64,000 nucleotides of DNA. It comes from Mobula hypostoma (taxonomy: Eukaryota). Both the position numbers and the translations under genes were made by a program. This document shows, one piece after another, positions 1 through 13,010 of this stretch; position 1 is the stretch's first letter, and each line of letters starts with the position of its first letter. Below the pieces are notes generated by a model. The model was not told the DNA's origin, did no database searches, and was given only the letters and a program-made list of their open reading frames with translations. Location of the stretch: positions 219,296,001 to 219,360,000 of the forward strand of contig NC_086097.1 in the NCBI RefSeq assembly GCF_963921235.1, given 5' to 3'.

Positions 1-2516
1 TCTCTTTTATAGACCACCCAATAGTAACAGGGACATCAAGGAGCAGATAGGGAGACAGATTCTGGAAAGGTGTAATAATAACAGGGCTGTTGTGGTGGGA
101 GATTTTAATTTCCCAAATATCGATTGGCATCTCCCTAGGCGAGGGGTTTAGATGGGATGGAGTTTGTTGGGTGTGTTCAGGAAGGCTTCTTGACACAATA
201 TGTAGGTAAGTCTACAAGAGGAGAGGCTGTACTTGATCTGCTATTGGGAAATGAACCTGGTGTCAGATCTCTCAATGGGTGAGCATTTTGGACATAGTGA
301 TCACAACTTTATCTCTATTACCATAGCATTGGAGAGGGATAGAACAGCAAGTTAGGAAAGCATTTAATTGAAGTAAGGGGAAATGTGAGACTATCAGGCA
401 GGAACTTGGAAGCATAAATTGGGAACAGATGTTCTCAGGGAAATGTACAGAAGAATTGTGGCAAATATTCAGGGGATATTTGTGTGAAATTCTGCATAGG
501 TACATTCCAATGAGACAGGGAAAGGATGATAGTGTACAGAAACCGTGGTGACAAAGGGTGTTGTAAATCTAGTCAAAAAGAAAAGAGCTTATGAAAGGTT
601 CAAATAACTAGGCAATGACAGAGCTCTAGGAGATTATAAGGCTAGCGGGAAGGAGCTTAAGAAAGAAATTAGGAGAGCCAGAAGGAGCCATGAGAAAGCC
701 TTGGCCGATAGGATTAAGGAAGACCCCAAGGCATTCTGCAAGTATGTGAAGAGCACAAGGATAAGACGTGAGAGAATAGGACCAATCAATTGCAACAGTA
801 GAAAAGTGTGTAGGGAGAAGATAGTAGAGGTACTTAATGAGTACTTTGCTTCACTATTCACTGCGGAAAAGGATCTCTGCGATTGTAGGGATGACTTACC
901 GTGGACTGAAAAGCTTGAATATTTAGATATTAAGAAAGAGGATGTGCTGGAGCTTTTGGAAAGCATCAAGTTGGATAAGTCACTGGGACCAGACAAGATG
1001 TACCCCTGGCTACAGTGGGAAGCGAGGGAGGAGATTGCTGGGCCTATAGCAATGAACTTTGCATTATCAATGGGGACGGGAGAGGTTCCGGAGGATTGGA
1101 GGGTTGCTGATGTTGTTCCTTTATTCAAGAAAGGGAGTAGAGATAGCCCAGGAAATTATAGACCAGTGAGTTTTACTTCAGTGGTTGGTAAGTTGAGGAG
1201 AAGATCCAGAGAGGCAAGATTTATGAACATTTGGAGAGGTATAATATGATTAGGAATAATCAGCATGGTTTTATGAAAGGCAGGTTGTGCCTTACGAGCC
1301 TGATTGAATTTTTTGAGGATGTGACTAAACACATTGCAGAAGGTAGAGCAGTAGATGTAGTGAATATGGATTTCAGCAAGGCATTTGGCAAGGTACCCCA
1401 TGCAAGGTTTATTGAGAAAGTAAGGAGGCATGGGATCCAAGGAGATATTGCTTTGTGGATCCAGAACTGGCTTGTCCACTGAAGGCAAAGAGTGGTTGTA
1501 GACAGGTCATATTCTGCATGGATGTCAGTCACCAGTGGTGTGCCTCAGGGATCTGTGTTTGGTAGTCTTTCTCTTTGTGATATTTATAAATGACCTGGAT
1601 GAGGAAGTGGAGGGATGGATTAGTAAATCTGGTGACGACACAAAGGTTGAGGGTGTTGTGGATAGTGGGGAGGGCTGTCAGTGGGAAATTGATAGAATGC
1701 AAAACTGGGCTGAGAAGTGGCAGGTGGAGTTCAACACAGATAAGTGTGAGGTGATTCATTTTGGTAGGTCAAATATGATGACAAAATAATGGTAAGATGC
1801 TTGGCAGTGTGGAGGATCAGAGGGATCTTGGGGTCCGAGTCCATAGGACACTCAAAGCTGCTGAGCAGGTTGACTGTGTCGTTAAGAAGGCATACGGTGT
1901 ATTGGCCTTCATCAACTGTGGGAATGAGTTCAGTGTCGAGAGGTAATGTTACAGCTATATAGGACCCTGATCAGATCCCACTTGGAGTACTGTGCTCAGT
2001 TCTAGTCACCTCACTACAGGAAGGATGTAGAAACTATAGAAAGGGTGCAGATGAGATTTACAAGGATGTCGCCTGGATTGGGGAGCATGCCTTATGAGAA
2101 TAGGTTGGGTGAACTTGGCCTTTTCTCCTTGGAGTGACGGAGGATGAGAGGTGACCTGACAGAGGTGTATAAGATGTGTGGATAGTCAGGGGCTTTTTCT
2201 CAGGGCTGAAATAGTTAACACAAGAGGGCGTAGTTTTAAGGTGTTTGGAAATAGGTACAGAGAAGATGTCAAGGGTAAATTTTTTACACAGAGTGGTGAG
2301 TGCGTGGAATGGGCTTCCGGCTACGGTGGTGGAGGTGGATATGATAGGGTCTTTTAAAGAGACTGCTGGATAAGTATATGGAGATAGAAAAATAGAGGGC
2401 TATTGGTAACCTTAGGTAATCTCGGCACAGTATTGCCGGCACAGTAGTTGGGCACAGTATTGTGGGCCGAAGTGCCTGTATTGTGCTGTAGGTTTTCTAT
2501 GTTTGTATGCTTCTAC
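1..2516 (+). mobile_element. CR1-clade LINE, ORF2 (endonuclease end, RT, C-terminus) plus 3' UTR; multiple stops and frameshifts; runs off the window start
   Basis: ORF fragments NYRPVSFTSVVGK, QHGFMKGRLCLTSL, VDVVNMDFSKAFGKVPH, FINDLDEEVEGWISKSGDDTK; ends in a ctatgtttgtatgcttcta-type CR1 tail. Confidence 0.93.
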
Positions 2517-3694
2517 GTTTTTTCTGCTGTGAATTTGTTGAGAAATAATTAATGATCAGGAATCATCCTAATGAATTCAAACCCCAGGGTTTTCAAATAC
2601 CCTGGACAATGTAATGTGGCATTCTTGACAGTGAGTTGTTGCAGATCAGTTGTGTTGTAAATTTTCTTTTAGGATCTCTGCAAAGTCGTTTGTACCATTT
2701 ATCATTTTACTCTGCAAACTCTGCTCAGACTGATATTTTTGGATTATTTTCTCATTTCATTTTGATGCTTTATTATTTACTTTTGGTTTTGCTGCTGCTT
2801 TGTGTTTGCTTTCATAAAGTCACATAATATATTTAAAAATGTTGGCTAGCAAGCTGGGCATAATAACAAGAGAGCTCCATTGTACTGCCACTTCAGTCCT
2901 CACAGTTAATCATTCCCCCAGGAGAATTTGGCTCCTAGAAATAACATTACAGGAGCCAAGTTTATATAAAAATATTTTCGAGGTAAGCCATGTGGAATGC
3001 CACAGGCTGCTGTGAGTGAAGTAAACTGTGGAAATTTTTAGGTACATTAACAACAAAATAATTCCTCTCCTTCAGCTTCAAGTCAGTGTTGTAAATTCAG
3101 TTCACCTTCCAGTGCTTTTTTATCAACTGTCGGTAAAGTACAAACTACTAAGTTTTTTTGGAATGAGCAAAAATATCAAAATATATGAACTCACTTTACA
3201 GTGAAATTTTGAAATTATTTTAAAAACATGATTGTGGAGCTGAATTTCATTTATTTCACAACTGTGGACACTTTGAACTGGAATATTTCTTCAGCTTTCT
3301 CATCAGAGGTAGATAGTTCCTGAAGTGTTTAATGACTGGAACATCAATCCAACTGTACATCTCTGTCCTCCAAAGCCAAATTATTTTCAACTCCCAAATC
3401 TGTGTCCATTTTCCTGCAACTACATGTTGATTGTCTTCAATCAGTTTCCCGTCACAAATAGTCTTCATCACAATCTCAGGTGAGATCTTTGGTGACTGCG
3501 ACTGTGGTAAAATGTCCATCCTCAAACTGGCCTCGGCCTATAAAATCGTCCTCTAAAATCTCATCTCGATTACCCCGTGCTATTTACATTTCTATCTACT
3601 CTCAAGAATCACCTGGAATTTCTTTTAATTGCCTTTGGTTGCATTGCCACCTTAGAGTTTATCAACGATTTATCCTCGGTCAAAACAAAAGCAG

Positions 3695-4095
3695 TAAATA
3701 ATGGGAATGCTCAGCAGGACAGTCAGCGCCTCTGGAAAGAGAAATTAATTTTATGTTTGAAGACTCTCTGATACAACAAATATTCCTGATTTTAGACCAT
3801 AAGACGTAGGAGCAGATTTAGGGCATGCGGCCCATCGATTCTATCAAGGCTGATCTATTATCCCTCTCAACCCCATTCTCCCATCTTCTTCCTGTGACCT
3901 TTGACACTCTCACTAATCAACAATCTCTCAGCTTCCACTTTAAATAGACTCAATAACATGGCCTCCATGCAATGAATCCCACAAATAGACCACCCTCAGG
4001 TTAAACAAACTCCGCACCTCTGTTCTCAAGGAACACCCTTCTGAGTGTTTTCAACAACTTTTGCTTTTGTTTCAGACTTCCAGCAACTGCAGTAT
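3695..4095. mobile_element. Old Penelope-like pseudo-LTR fold-back remnant, interrupted by a minus-strand CR1 3' fragment (~3793-4040)
   Basis: atgctcagcaggacagtcagcgcctctgg at ~3707 and ctgagtgttttc...cagacttccagcaactgcag at ~4041-4092 resemble the two arms seen in younger copies; agaccataagacgtaggagcag is a reversed CR1 tail. Confidence 0.55.
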
Positions 4096-4444
4096 TTATA
4101 CATTTTTATCTATTTGTGGCCCCTTTCTATACCAAATGAATGAAAGATGATCCACATTCCCAACACTATCATATCTGAATCCCTCTGAAGTATCAACTTG
4201 CTTATTTGGTATTCACTCCTGACTAAGTAAAAATTTCCTCCAGCGGAAGATTGAAGACCACTGTCTTCAATCCCTGCTGCTCATGCTGCTCCCTCATCAT
4301 TCAGTCTTCACTCAATCTCTGGTAGACTTCTTGCAAGCAACATGTGATATATTTCAATCTAATACCAATATTGCCAGCAGCTACTCAAATCCTCATCCAT
4401 CTCTTTATTATGTTACATACCTCAAGGAGATCTTGTGACTTTCT

Positions 4445-5264
4445 TGTGAGAATGATGTAATGGTCTTTTGGAGGTCACCTGATGTAATTTTCCTACCGAT
4501 GTGAGGTCACATGATGACATGTTCAAAACGGGTATAAAAGGGGAAGACCCCTAATGACGCAGTTAGTTTTCCAGTGAGAGCGTCAATGAGATACTCTGCT
4601 CCGCTGTATATTTGCAGTATGATGCAGTTTTGATTTTAAATGGAGTTTTATGTCCTAATGTAAGGTACAGAAGTCTGGACCGGCAGTTTGACAATCGCTG
4701 CCTGGTTTGTTAATCTATCTTTTCAGTAACATTGGAGAGTGAAGACGGGACCCTGAAGGAGACGTTCGACAGGTTTGGAAAGGATCGACCATTACTGAAT
4801 TTGTTCAAGAAAGAGTGATCTGCATGAGATAGCCTCTGCTAAAAGTGGCAGAAAGGCTGTGCAAGATTATTCTACAGAGGAGGAAGGTCAGTGCCTTTAA
4901 AACTGTTTTATTTCCGTCGTCGTGAATCCTGTGGAAAAGGTAGGATCCGACTGGGAGTGGCAGTGACGTCGTGTTTTCGAGGAATTCATTACTTCATGAA
5001 AGTCTCTCCTAATTGACTATATAAAATCTCTTGGACTTTAAAAGTTCCCATTCGAAGAACTGTGTTTGAATTTATCGCTTTAAGAACTGGTTTCGCATTA
5101 TTGCTTTAAGAAATAGTACTGAGTAGTGGTTTACCGAATGGCCGCATAGCCGTTTACTTCCGGTTAGGGTTTTCGTTTTTTTTCATTGTTTATCAGGGTC
5201 TAATAAATGTTTGTAGGTTTATAAATCCTGATTCAATATATTCACTGTTGCCGATCACGTGACA
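4445..5264 (+). mobile_element. Solo LTR, ~820 bp
   Basis: TG...CA ends (tgtgaga...cgtgaca), TATAAAA at ~4533, AATAAA at ~5202, flanks tttct/tttat (5-bp TSD with one mismatch), CpG-richer than surroundings, no ORF. Confidence 0.7.
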
Positions 5265-5721
5265 TTTATCTCTAGGTTGAATTATTCTCATACATTTGTT
5301 TAATTATTTGATATACATATATATTTACTTACTGTAATTCATTTAATTATTTTTTTCAATATTTATCATGTATTGCATTGCACTGCTGCATGTGTCATGA
5401 AATTTGTGATATTGCACTGGCAGCGGTACAATGAAATACATGATAAATGTAGAAAAAATAAATGATGGACAGGAAGTAAATATATACATGCATAAGTACT
5501 TTGGTAATAAATTTTCGTTGTACTTTGAGCAGCCATTATTTCAGAAGCCTTGGTTTTCAGTGTTGGAATTTCCTTCCTTATTCTATTCACATTCCTTCTT
5601 TACACTCACTCTCCTGCTGTCATTTCTTTAAGTATGCCAAGTACTTTTCAGATTTTTATATTTTTTCTATGACATACTGATCAGTTACTAGTTCTGCAAC
5701 AGCCACCCATAGATCTGACAG

Positions 5722-8073
5722 TTGAAGGTTTTCATTTCCCAGAATGTGCATGCCCTCAAATCCTTTCGTTCCCCAGACCTGGAGTACCTGGTGCTGTTGT
5801 GCAGACCCTGCTGGCTGACTGGGGAGTTCACAACGGTGTACATTCCACCACAGGCTGATACTGACCTGGCCCTCAAGAAACTGTACGAGACCTTCATCAT
5901 GCTGGAGACTGCACACCCAGAGGCTGCCTTCATCGTCGCTGGCGACTTTCATAGAGTGTTGCTGGTGAAAGTCTCTCTGAAGTTTTGTCAGCACATTCAG
6001 GTGAGCACTCATAGAAATAACACACTTGACCACTGTTACACTCCCTTCTTCAATGCTTACAAAGCTCTCCTTCGTCCTGCTTTTGGAAAATCAGACCACT
6101 CTTCGATCCTGCTCTTGCTGATATACAGACAGAAATTGAAACAAGAGGCGGCCATAGTTAAAACCGTCCACTGTTGGTCCAACCAATCGGCCTCCACGCT
6201 GCAGGTCCGCTTTGATGACGTTGACTGGAATGTCTTCCATGGTGAGGATGTCTCCTAGTTCACGGATGCAGTCATGTGCTTCATCTGGAAGTACATCAAC
6301 GATGTTGTCCCCCAGAAATCGGTCAGGGTTTTCCCGAACCAGAAACACTGGATCAAAAGTTCCGTGCGAGCATCACTTACTGTGCAACATAGCCCTTACA
6401 TTGCCGGCAATCGGCAGGAACTCAAGAAAAGCAGCTATGATCTGCGCAAAGCTATCAAGGCCATGAAACAACAAAACAAGGACAAGATTGAGTCAAGATT
6501 CAGAACAAATAGCACACGTGACTTGTGGCGAGGGCTGCATACCATCGCAGACTTCAGAACCAAACGTAATGGTGCCGCCAACATCACAGCCTGTCTCCCA
6601 GATGTGCTCAATCGCTTTTACACTAGGTTCGATGTTGCTAACTCTGAGCCTCCGAGGAAAGCCACCGCTACAACCTGCAAACTGGTCACCTCTGAGGCTG
6701 AGGTACAAAGATGTTTCCAACGAGTAGACAGTCGCAAGGCTGCGGGACCGGACAGCATCCCAGGGTGAGTACTCAGGATGTGCGCAGCACATCTGGCAGG
6801 TGTGTTTACTGACATTTTTAATCTCTCCCTCTCACAGGGTAGAGTGCCCTCCATTGTCCCTGTACCAAAAAAGACCAAGGTAACATGCCTGAGCATCTGG
6901 TGTCCTGTCACACTCACCTCAATAATAAGCAAATGCTTTGAGAGGCTGGTCAAGGATTACATCTGCAGTGTGCTACCGCCCAGACTGGACTCCCTACAAT
7001 TCCCCTACCGACACAACTGATCGACAAACGACGCAACAGCCACTGCTCTACATACCGTCCTTACACATCTGGAGAAGAAGGATGCTTATGTGAGAATGCT
7101 GTTCTTGGACTACAGGTCAGCATTCAACACCATAATTCCCTCCGGGCTCGACAAGAAGCTCAGAGACCTCAGCCTTCACCCTGCCTTATAGAGCTGGATT
7201 CTGGACTTCCTGTCAGATTGGCAGCAGGAGGTAAGGGTGGGCTCCCTCACCTCTGCCCCTCTGACCCTCAACACAGATGCCCATCAGGGCTATGACCTAA
7301 GCCTCCTCCTTTACTTTCTGTGTACTCATGACTGTGTCGCCACCCACAGCTCCAATCTGCCAATTAAATTTGCTGATGACACTACAGTGATTAGCCTAAT
7401 CTCAAACAATAACAAGATGGCCTACAGAGAAGTCATCGCCCTGACACAGTGGTGCCAAGAAAACAACCTCTCCCTCAATGTCACAAAAACAAAGGAGTTG
7501 GTTGTGGATTACAGGAGGAATGGAGATGGGCTAACCCCTATTGACGTCAATGGATCTGGGGTTGAGAAGGTAAACAGCTTTAAGTTCCTCAGCATCCACA
7601 TCACCAAGGATCTCATGTGGTCTGTACACACCAGTTGTGAGGTGGAAAAGGCACAACAGCACCTCTTTCACCTCAGATAGTTGAGGAAGTTTGGTATGGG
7701 ACCCCAAATCCTGAAAACTTTCTACAGGGACACAATTGAGAGCATCCTGACTGGCTGCATCACTGCCTGGTATGGAAACTGTACCTCTCTTAATCGCATC
7801 TGTAGTTGTGAACTTCCCATGATTCAGGACATTTACAAACACGGGTGTGAGAAAAGGGCCCGAAGGATCATTGGGGACCTGAATCACCCCAGCCACAATC
7901 TATTCCAGCTACTACCATCTGGGAAATGGTACCGCAGCATAAAAGCCAGGACCAACAGGCTCCAGGACAGCTTCTTCCACCAGGCCATCAGACTGATTAG
8001 AGGGACACATAACGTAAAGATTTTTACTCCTCATGTATGTGAAGCATGTAAGAAATAAAGTCAATTCAATTCA
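5722..8073 (+). mobile_element. Rex1/Babar-clade LINE, ORF2 (APE endonuclease + RT), 5'-truncated, with in-frame stops
   Basis: FIVAGDF, TLDHCYT, FGKSDHSSILL (EN); [42 protein letters not shown] (RT); AATAAA then caattcaattcaa tail. Confidence 0.92.
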
Positions 8074-8224
8074 AAGATACATTTCAACAGCCTGTAGATC
8101 CAAGGCTAAGACAAGCAGTAAGGGTAATGCCAATGCCAGTTTGAAAGAACCACAGAAAGGAGGATTGCACATTTGGAAGTTGTTTAAAAATATCTATTTC
8201 ACAATCTGTAATGGCAACAAATAG

Positions 8225-9670
8225 TTCAACCATACACATATATACAGCTAAATGAAACAACGTATCTCAGGGACCAAGGTGCAAAACCCAGTACATATGA
8301 TCACATACAGCACATAAAATAGTATTAACACAATAATAGTAACAAAATAAAATAGTACTCTGTAGATGTACAAGTTAATACAAAGGGCATATATGACAAA
8401 TAGCTAAATATACAACAGTATATTTAACTGCTAATAGTTTATTCTGGGTGGTAGCAGGTTGTTCAGAAGACTCACAGCGCGGGAGAAGAAGCCGTTACCC
8501 AGCCTAACAATCCTTGTTCTTGCATTACAGCACCTCCTGCCTGATGGTAGAAGGTCAAAGAGAGTGTGGGGTGGATGGGAGAGGTCCTTGACAATGCCAA
8601 GGTTCTGCAAACACAGCACTTCTGATGTGTGTTCTGGATGGGAGTGGAGAGAAAAGAGACCCCAGTGTTTCTCTCAGGAGTCCACACAATCCACTGTAGG
8701 GTCTGATTGCCAAATGCCTTGCAATTCTCAGACCAGACACTCGACGGTGCTCCAGTGGTCTGTAGGGAGTTTCGCTCGCCCTAGTTTCTCAGGAAGTGGA
8801 TGTGCCTGTATACTTTTTTGACTAAAGAGGTTCTGTTGAGGGAGCAGGTGAGATAGTCCATGATGTGTACTGCACAGAGGAGCTGTTGATGTGCAGCAGG
8901 GAGTGGTCAGCCTGTACTTTCTGAAGCCCATAATCATCTCTTTAGTCTTGTCCACATTGAGACTCAGGATGTTGTGTTTGCACCAGTCCACAAGCAGCTC
9001 TACCTCCTGTTCTTTCATCATCACTGTTGATGTGTCATCAGTGAACATCATGATGTCCTATAGTTAAAGCTGGATCTAGCAGTATGGTCATGTGTCAGCA
9101 GCGTGGACAGCAGTGGGGGGCAGCGATGCTCTGCGTGATGAAGCGAGAGATGTTGCTACCAACATAGACTGCCTGAGGTCTCTCTGCCAAGACATCCAAG
9201 ATGCATTTACAGAGGGAGGTGTTAAGACCCAACGACAGTTTACCCACCAGCATCTGAGGAATGATTGCAGTGAATACCAAAATGAAGTTGATGAACAGCA
9301 CTCGGACACAGGAGACACCAGTCTCCAGGTTGACCAGGACTGAGTAGGAGGCAGAGGCTTTTGAATCACCAGTTAACCATTTCAGACGATATGCAAACTG
9401 ATTGGGGTCCAATGTAGTGAGAAGACAGAACTGAATTGAATCCATAACCAGCTGCTCAAAGCACTTCATTATTATTGAAGTCAGTGCCACTGAACAGTTG
9501 TCTTTAAGGCAGATTACCATCAGTCTCTTGAACACTAAGATGATGGTTGCAACTTCGAAGCCTGCAGGAACATATGTATGTATGTTTCAGAGAGAAGTTA
9601 AAAATTTCTGTGAGAACATGTGCTAGCTGGGCCACACAGTCTCTCACCACCTGGCCAGGTATGTTGTCAA
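8225..9670 (-). mobile_element. Older Rex1/Babar LINE RT and 3' end, degraded
   Basis: Minus-strand fragments VALTSIIMKCFEQLV, LDPNQFAYR, FTDDTS, LNVDKTKEMI, HPPHTLFDLLPSGRR. Confidence 0.85.
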
Positions 9671-9764
9671 TACTCAGACGTTTGGGTATAATTGTTCATT
9701 AATAAATTAAGGCATGGACGTGTTAATTAATATTTTGAAAGACAATTTGATTCAGGTTCAATGT

Positions 9765-10580
9765 TCAAGTTCAGTTCAAAGTAAATTTATTATCAAAGTA
9801 CATCTCTGTAATCCTGTATTATTCTGAGGACCATTTTCTTGCAGGCATTCAAAGTAGATATTAAAAAAAATAGAATCAATGAAAAACTACATACTACCAC
9901 AGATGAACAAGCAACCATAGTGCAAAAGATGACAAATTGTGCAAATACAAGAAAAACAAAATATTAATAATAAATAAACAAACAAACAAACAAATAAATA
10001 TAAACAACAGGAATTCTGCAGATGCTGGAAATTCAAGCAACATACATCAAAGTTGCTGGTGAACGCAGCAGGCCAAGCAGCATCTATAGGAAGAGGTGCA
10101 GTCGACGTTTCAGGCCGAGACCCTTCGTCCTGACGAAGGGTCTCGGCCTGAAACAAATAAATAAATAGATAGATAGATAGATAAATAAATAGAAAGATAA
10201 ATAAATAACAATTAATACTAGGAACACCAGTTGTAGAGCCCTTGAAAGTGAGCCCCTAGGTTCGATGATGGGGTGAGTAAAATTATCAGATTCAGATTTA
10301 TTTATCACATGTACATTGAAACATACAGTGAAATACATCATTTCCATTAACAACCAACACACCCAAAGATACGCTGAGGACAGACCCAAGTGTTGCCATA
10401 TAATCCGCCAATTTAACATACCCACCATGTTTAGCAGAACAGCTCAGAGCACAACAAGCAACAGAATGACAATAGTGAAACAAGCCCCTTTCCTCCCTCC
10501 AACCCACCCATCCACACACATGCTTCGTCCTTTGCTCCCAGGACAGGCTGTCTTCAGCCTGCAGCGGACTCGTGGATTTG
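9765..10580 (-). repeat. Two stacked non-coding retroelement 3' tails (Rex1-type), the first interrupted by the element at 10002-10154 and an ATAG/ATAA microsatellite
   Basis: Reversed poly(A) signals (tttattatcaaag at ~9786; tttatttatcac at ~10297) next to short-repeat tails gttcaa and agattc. Confidence 0.55.
10002..10154 (-). mobile_element. Penelope-like pseudo-LTR fragment ending in a perfect fold-back through the hammerhead motif
   Basis: Near-identical to the arms of 22174-22835; perfect 23-bp inverted repeat 10107-10129/10132-10154; aaacaaataaata on both flanks (within a microsatellite). Confidence 0.85.
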
Positions 10581-10699
10581 CAGGCATTTATCCTTCAACT
10601 TCACAGAGATTCGTACACCCATTGACTTTAATGATAATTTGATGGTAAGACAAGAACCCTACTCTACACAGTTCAGACAGTTGCCATTGACCAGACACA

Positions 10700-11760
10700 C
10701 AACCATTTCTAGAAAATGATCTTTAAAGCTAGGCCTCTTTTCATAATGAACTGTTAAATTGTTATTATTGATTCCTTGTTCCATCACACAAAGCCTGGCT
10801 CAGAATTTACTTCACAAGACTTGTCAACTGGATGAGTCAGATCAGAGAATTTACAACATTGAACTGCTCTGAAATTCAGACACAAAAGAATGTTGACAAG
10901 GTTGATCAGGAATACCCGACCATAAAGGTGAAAAAGGACTTTATTCATTCACAAGACTACGAGTCCAATCTTTATCCAAGACTTCTGGGGTGAGGATAAA
11001 TAAAATTATGATTTGATCACTTGCTGTGGAGCCAAGATGAACTGTTGTTTGGCAGGAATATCAAAAAAGAAAACCTTCTAAGAGATTACATGAGCATGGT
11101 GTGAAGTTGAAGAAAAGAAAATGTGTGACCATTTCAGATGATATGCAAACTGGTTGGGGTCCAATGTAGTGAGAAGACAGAACTGAACTGTAATGAGAAG
11201 CAATGTACCTTAGTTTGAAAAATGAAGTCAGTGCTTACAACCAGTGAAGGAAAAGACAGAGGCCCTTACTGGTTAGCCAAAGACTGAAACACAGCAGATC
11301 TAAGGTTGCTCCTGGGTTCATGTAGTATCCCTTCAGGTCTTTCCTTGCAACTCATATTGTAACAGAATGTGAAATGGATGTGGAGCAAGGAACAATGTAA
11401 TGAGTTTGATAAATGCAAGAGGAGCTTGTTAAGTGGAACTCCCCATATTCATGCAAAGCGATATCTGCTTTGAGTTAGGCACGTGAAGGATCATGTTATG
11501 GAGTAATTGCAGTGGTATACCACATGATGGATGGTGGGCAAGAGAAACTCATCACTTTCACTTCTTGAATTCTTATAAGAAACAGGTGTAATTACCCACA
11601 AATCAGGAAAGAAGCATTAGAAACATGGTTTGGTCGGAAATTCCATTCGATTTTACGAGACTTATCCTATACATTAGTAACAAATCATAAGCAATTACTG
11701 GAGTTGTTAAGTCCCAAAAGTACCTATTATGGCAGCATCAAAGGATCGAATATGGGCAAT
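10700..11760 (+). mobile_element. Ancient Ty3/Gypsy pol remnant (RT-RNase H)
   Basis: From 11479: AREGSCYGVIAVVYHMMDGGQEKLITFTS*ILIRNRCNYPQIRKEAL...RKFH...TLVTNHKQLLELLSPK, matching the Gypsy RNase H pattern (CDAS.YG.GAVL...E.PIAFASR.L...NY.QIEKEAL...KFH...TDHKPL); left boundary uncertain. Confidence 0.8.
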
Positions 11761-12287
11761 CTTTCTATGGTGGACATTGACACTACCTTTTCTTATGTTA
11801 TTACAGAGAAGGAGACTAAGCTATTTGCTGTTCAGGTAGGCACAACCTGTTTTAGTTTAATTCTCCTAATTCATTTTGCTAATAAGCCAACACTGTAGCA
11901 ACCCAAGGCAGATAAACACAATGAATTACTTAAGAAGCTATTCCTTTACATTAAACTTTCCTGGACAAGAACATACAGACTGGAACTGCTCATAGGCACA
12001 GAGCATAACAGTTATTGACCTTAGGCTGACATAATGTCAAACATCAGAACAAGTTTAAGACATTATTCTGCACTCATTTAGAACTTGTTATCATCTAAGA
12101 AAACACAGTTCAGTCTTAAATTCTAGTCTTCCTTGCACATACAGTTGCCATATTGGGTGTCTTTCTTTGGGAATATTAGATTCATACAAGATCAGACATC
12201 CGTTAACATGAGGAAAAGGCTGTACTTCAGTGTTGTAAGCAGGAATAAAGACTTCTACATCTCTGTTTTCATCTACTTGGTGGGGGG

Positions 12288-12520
12288 GTGCGCACAATGG
12301 TACAGCTCGTAGAGATGCTGCCTCACACCACCAATGATCTGGGTTCAATCATAAACTCTGGTGCTGTCTCTGTGAAGTTTGCAAGTTCTCCCTGTGACCA
12401 TATGCATTTCTTTCAGGCGCTCCAGTTGATCCTACATCCCTAAGGCTGATGTGTTGCTAGACCAGTAGGTGGGTGGAGGGACCAGACGAGGGTTGCCAGC
12501 AGTGTAGGGAGAACAGGTGG
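12288..12520 (+). mobile_element. tRNA-derived SINE (V-SINE/HE1-like), degraded
   Basis: A-box-like tggtacagctcg, B-box gggttcaatc, core tgtgaagtttgcaagttctccctgtgacc...ctccag...acatccc. Confidence 0.75.
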
Positions 12521-12755
12521 TCAGATATTCTGTTACTGTAGGTGTTATAACCAAGATTTCATCCATGAAGAACCCTACGTGGTCTAGCAAATGCAAAATT
12601 TGTTCCATGGTATGCTGCTGGAGAGTTGCTGGTGTAACTCCACAGCCTAGATGATGCTATCTGTATAGACCTTTTTGTTGTCAGGGCTGAGGTAAACTTC
12701 CAACTCTGGACCCAACCCCAACTGCTGGCACACAAAGTAGAAAGAGATGTCTGCT

Positions 12756-12887
12756 CAACACACAAAAAAAGCTGGAGGAACTCAGCAGGCCAGGTAGCAT
12801 CTTTGGAAAAAAGTACAGTTGATGTTTCAGGCTGAATTTTTGCATGTGTTTCCCAGATTTCCAGCATCTGCAAATTTTCTCTTGTTT
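12756..12887. mobile_element. Short Penelope-like pseudo-LTR fold-back insertion
   Basis: gctggaggaactcagcaggccagg arm joined to reversed tail gatttccagcatctgc; 14-bp TSD aagagatgtctgct/aagaaatgtctgct (12742-12755/12888-12901). Confidence 0.8.
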
Positions 12888-13010
12888 AAGAAATGTCTGC
12901 TGTCAAGGTAGCAATAAATCCTTTACATTATGCTTCACTTCCATACAGCAATTTACCATGACTTTGTAGTTGCTAAATAGCCTTACTTACTGTCTTGTTT
13001 TTTATAGTAA

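Noticed and set aside
3256..3700. 89-aa minus-strand ORF and neighbouring ORFs in apparently unique sequence
   Set aside because: No recognisable domain or splice context; possibly a very old repeat.
9887..10156. Recurrent short ORFs containing RPETSTAPLP..AAWPA (also 22123, 22574, 12559, 62671)
   Set aside because: Translations of the non-coding Penelope pseudo-LTR, not a protein family.
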